Sequence record: BH153105.1
Strand: one strand, 5' to 3'
From: a phage
DNA length: 316 bases
Positions 1-316 of this stretch are shown one piece after another; the stretch's first letter is position 1; each line of letters starts with the position of its first letter. A program made the translations under genes and the position numbers. Below the pieces are notes generated by a model that worked only from the letters and a program-made list of their open reading frames with translations, did no database searches and was not told the origin of the DNA.

Positions 1-38
1 CCAATTAGAATCACGTATCAAAAATGAGAGATGATATT

Positions 39-149
39 ATGAAATTGGAAGCTGGTAAGACCTATGCGTGGAAAGATGTAAAAGATGCAAACCAATTTTT
101 TAAATGGTATGATGTTGATTATTTTGAAATATCTGCGATTACCGTTTAA
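39..149 (+). CDS. Hypothetical small protein, or the N-terminal part of a frameshifted gene. 36 aa from ATG 39: MKLEAGKTYAWKDVKDANQFFKWYDVDYFEISAITV*. An in-frame ATG at 24 would give 41 aa (MRDDIMKLEAG...).
   Basis: Frame 3 is open from the TAG at 6-8 to the TAA at 147-149. G occupies codon position 1 in 14 of 36 codons (39-146), far above the base composition, whereas frame 1 over the overlapping stretch 85-147 has G at position 1 in only 1 of 21 codons. Wobble positions are A/T-rich and the residue mix (K, D, E, W, Y, F) looks like a soluble protein. The purine-rich stretch GAGAG at 26-30 lies 8 nt before ATG 39 as a weak Shine-Dalgarno-like element; ATG 24 has none. No homology search was possible. 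Confidence 0.5.
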   Translation: MKLEAGKTYAWKDVKDANQFFKWYDVDYFEISAITV

Positions 150-150
150 A

Positions 151-316
151 GTTGCGTCGGTTGATGCGAAAAAAGGATACGTGCGGTCTGTTTATCTTCA
201 TGATGGAACTTATATGAGTTCAACCGATGTAGGTCTATCTTGTTGGTTTCTGGATCTCTCCCGTGTTTTTATGGACATTACACCGGATGCATATTGTTTG
301 AATCCTTCCAAATTTA
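151..316 (+). CDS. Hypothetical protein, 3'-partial (runs off the window end); start unresolved. Translation from 151: VASVDAKKGYVRSVYLHDGTYMSSTDVGLSCWFLDLSRVFMDITPDAYCLNPSKF...
   Basis: Frame 1 has no stop codon from 82 to the window end (last full codon 313-315). G is at codon position 1 in 18 of 55 codons (151-315) and the residue composition is protein-like. The only in-frame starts after the upstream stop are GTG 181 (the AGGA at 174-177 ends just 3 nt before it, too close) and ATG 214 (no Shine-Dalgarno), and the coding signature begins before both. The first in-frame ATG at 85 lies in a stretch that does not look coding in this frame. The 5' boundary given is therefore where the coding signal begins, not a start codon. 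Confidence 0.5.

Noticed and set aside
13-20. TATCAA as a possible -10 promoter element upstream of the first ORF
   Set aside because: It is a poor match to TATAAT (it lacks the conserved final T), and no -35 partner can be assessed because the window begins 12 bp upstream. There is not enough sequence to support a promoter call.
72-87. Direct repeat AAAGATG at 72-78 and 81-87 (9-bp period)
   Set aside because: It lies inside the frame-3 coding sequence and simply encodes the peptide K-D-V-K-D-A. It is too short and isolated to be a regulatory iteron or repeat array.
96-104. T6A3 homopolymer tract (TTTTTTAAA) as a possible slippage or phase-variation site
   Set aside because: Six T is short for slipped-strand phase variation, and the codon-structure evidence places the frame change about 45 bp downstream (near 145-150), not here. 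It reads as Phe-Phe-Lys in frame 3.
85-150. Frame 1 ORF starting at ATG 85 as a single long gene covering the rest of the window
   Set aside because: Between 85 and 147 frame 1 has G at codon position 1 in only 1 of 21 codons and gives a Leu/Ile/Met/Phe-rich out-of-frame-like peptide (MQTNFLNGMMLIILKYLRLPFK), whereas frame 3 shows the coding signature over the same bases. The frame is open here but is most likely the shadow of frame 3.
169-175. A AAA AAG heptamer, the classic -1 slippery motif of dnaX and IS3-family transposases
   Set aside because: The motif is phased for ribosomes in frame 2, which is closed by the TGA at 125-127 and the TGA at 215-217 and shows no coding signal. A -1 slip from frame 2 would land in frame 1, which is already the open frame. 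In frame 1 the run simply encodes Lys-Lys, and a -1 slip from frame 1 terminates after about 9 codons (TGA 201-203). No downstream structure was identified.
150-180. Possible rho-independent terminator or intergenic hairpin after the TAA at 147-149
   Set aside because: No GC-rich inverted repeat followed by a T-run is present. The region (GTTGCGTCGGTTGATGCG...) contains only short direct repeats and has a coding signature in frame 1.
21-191. 57-codon open stretch on the - strand
   Set aside because: It has no ATG or GTG (one internal TTG only), G at codon position 1 in only 7 of 57 codons, and is bounded by stops. It is the antisense shadow of the + strand coding region. The other - strand frames are broken by several stops.

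Overview
This 316-bp, AT-rich window (about 36% GC by my count) is coding on the + strand almost throughout, with no credible gene on the - strand. Two + strand reading frames carry a coding signature: frame 3 from an ATG at 39 (or 24) to a TAA at 147-149, and frame 1 from about 151 to beyond the window end. The downstream frame has no convincing start codon or ribosome-binding site, so the simplest reading is one gene whose frame shifts by +1 near 144-150 (a frameshift mutation, a homopolymer sequencing error, or, less likely, programmed recoding). The alternative is a 36-41 aa small ORF followed by a second gene with an atypical start. I do not recognise the product from sequence alone. Nothing in 316 bp supports a multi-gene system, RNA gene, CRISPR array or mobile element.
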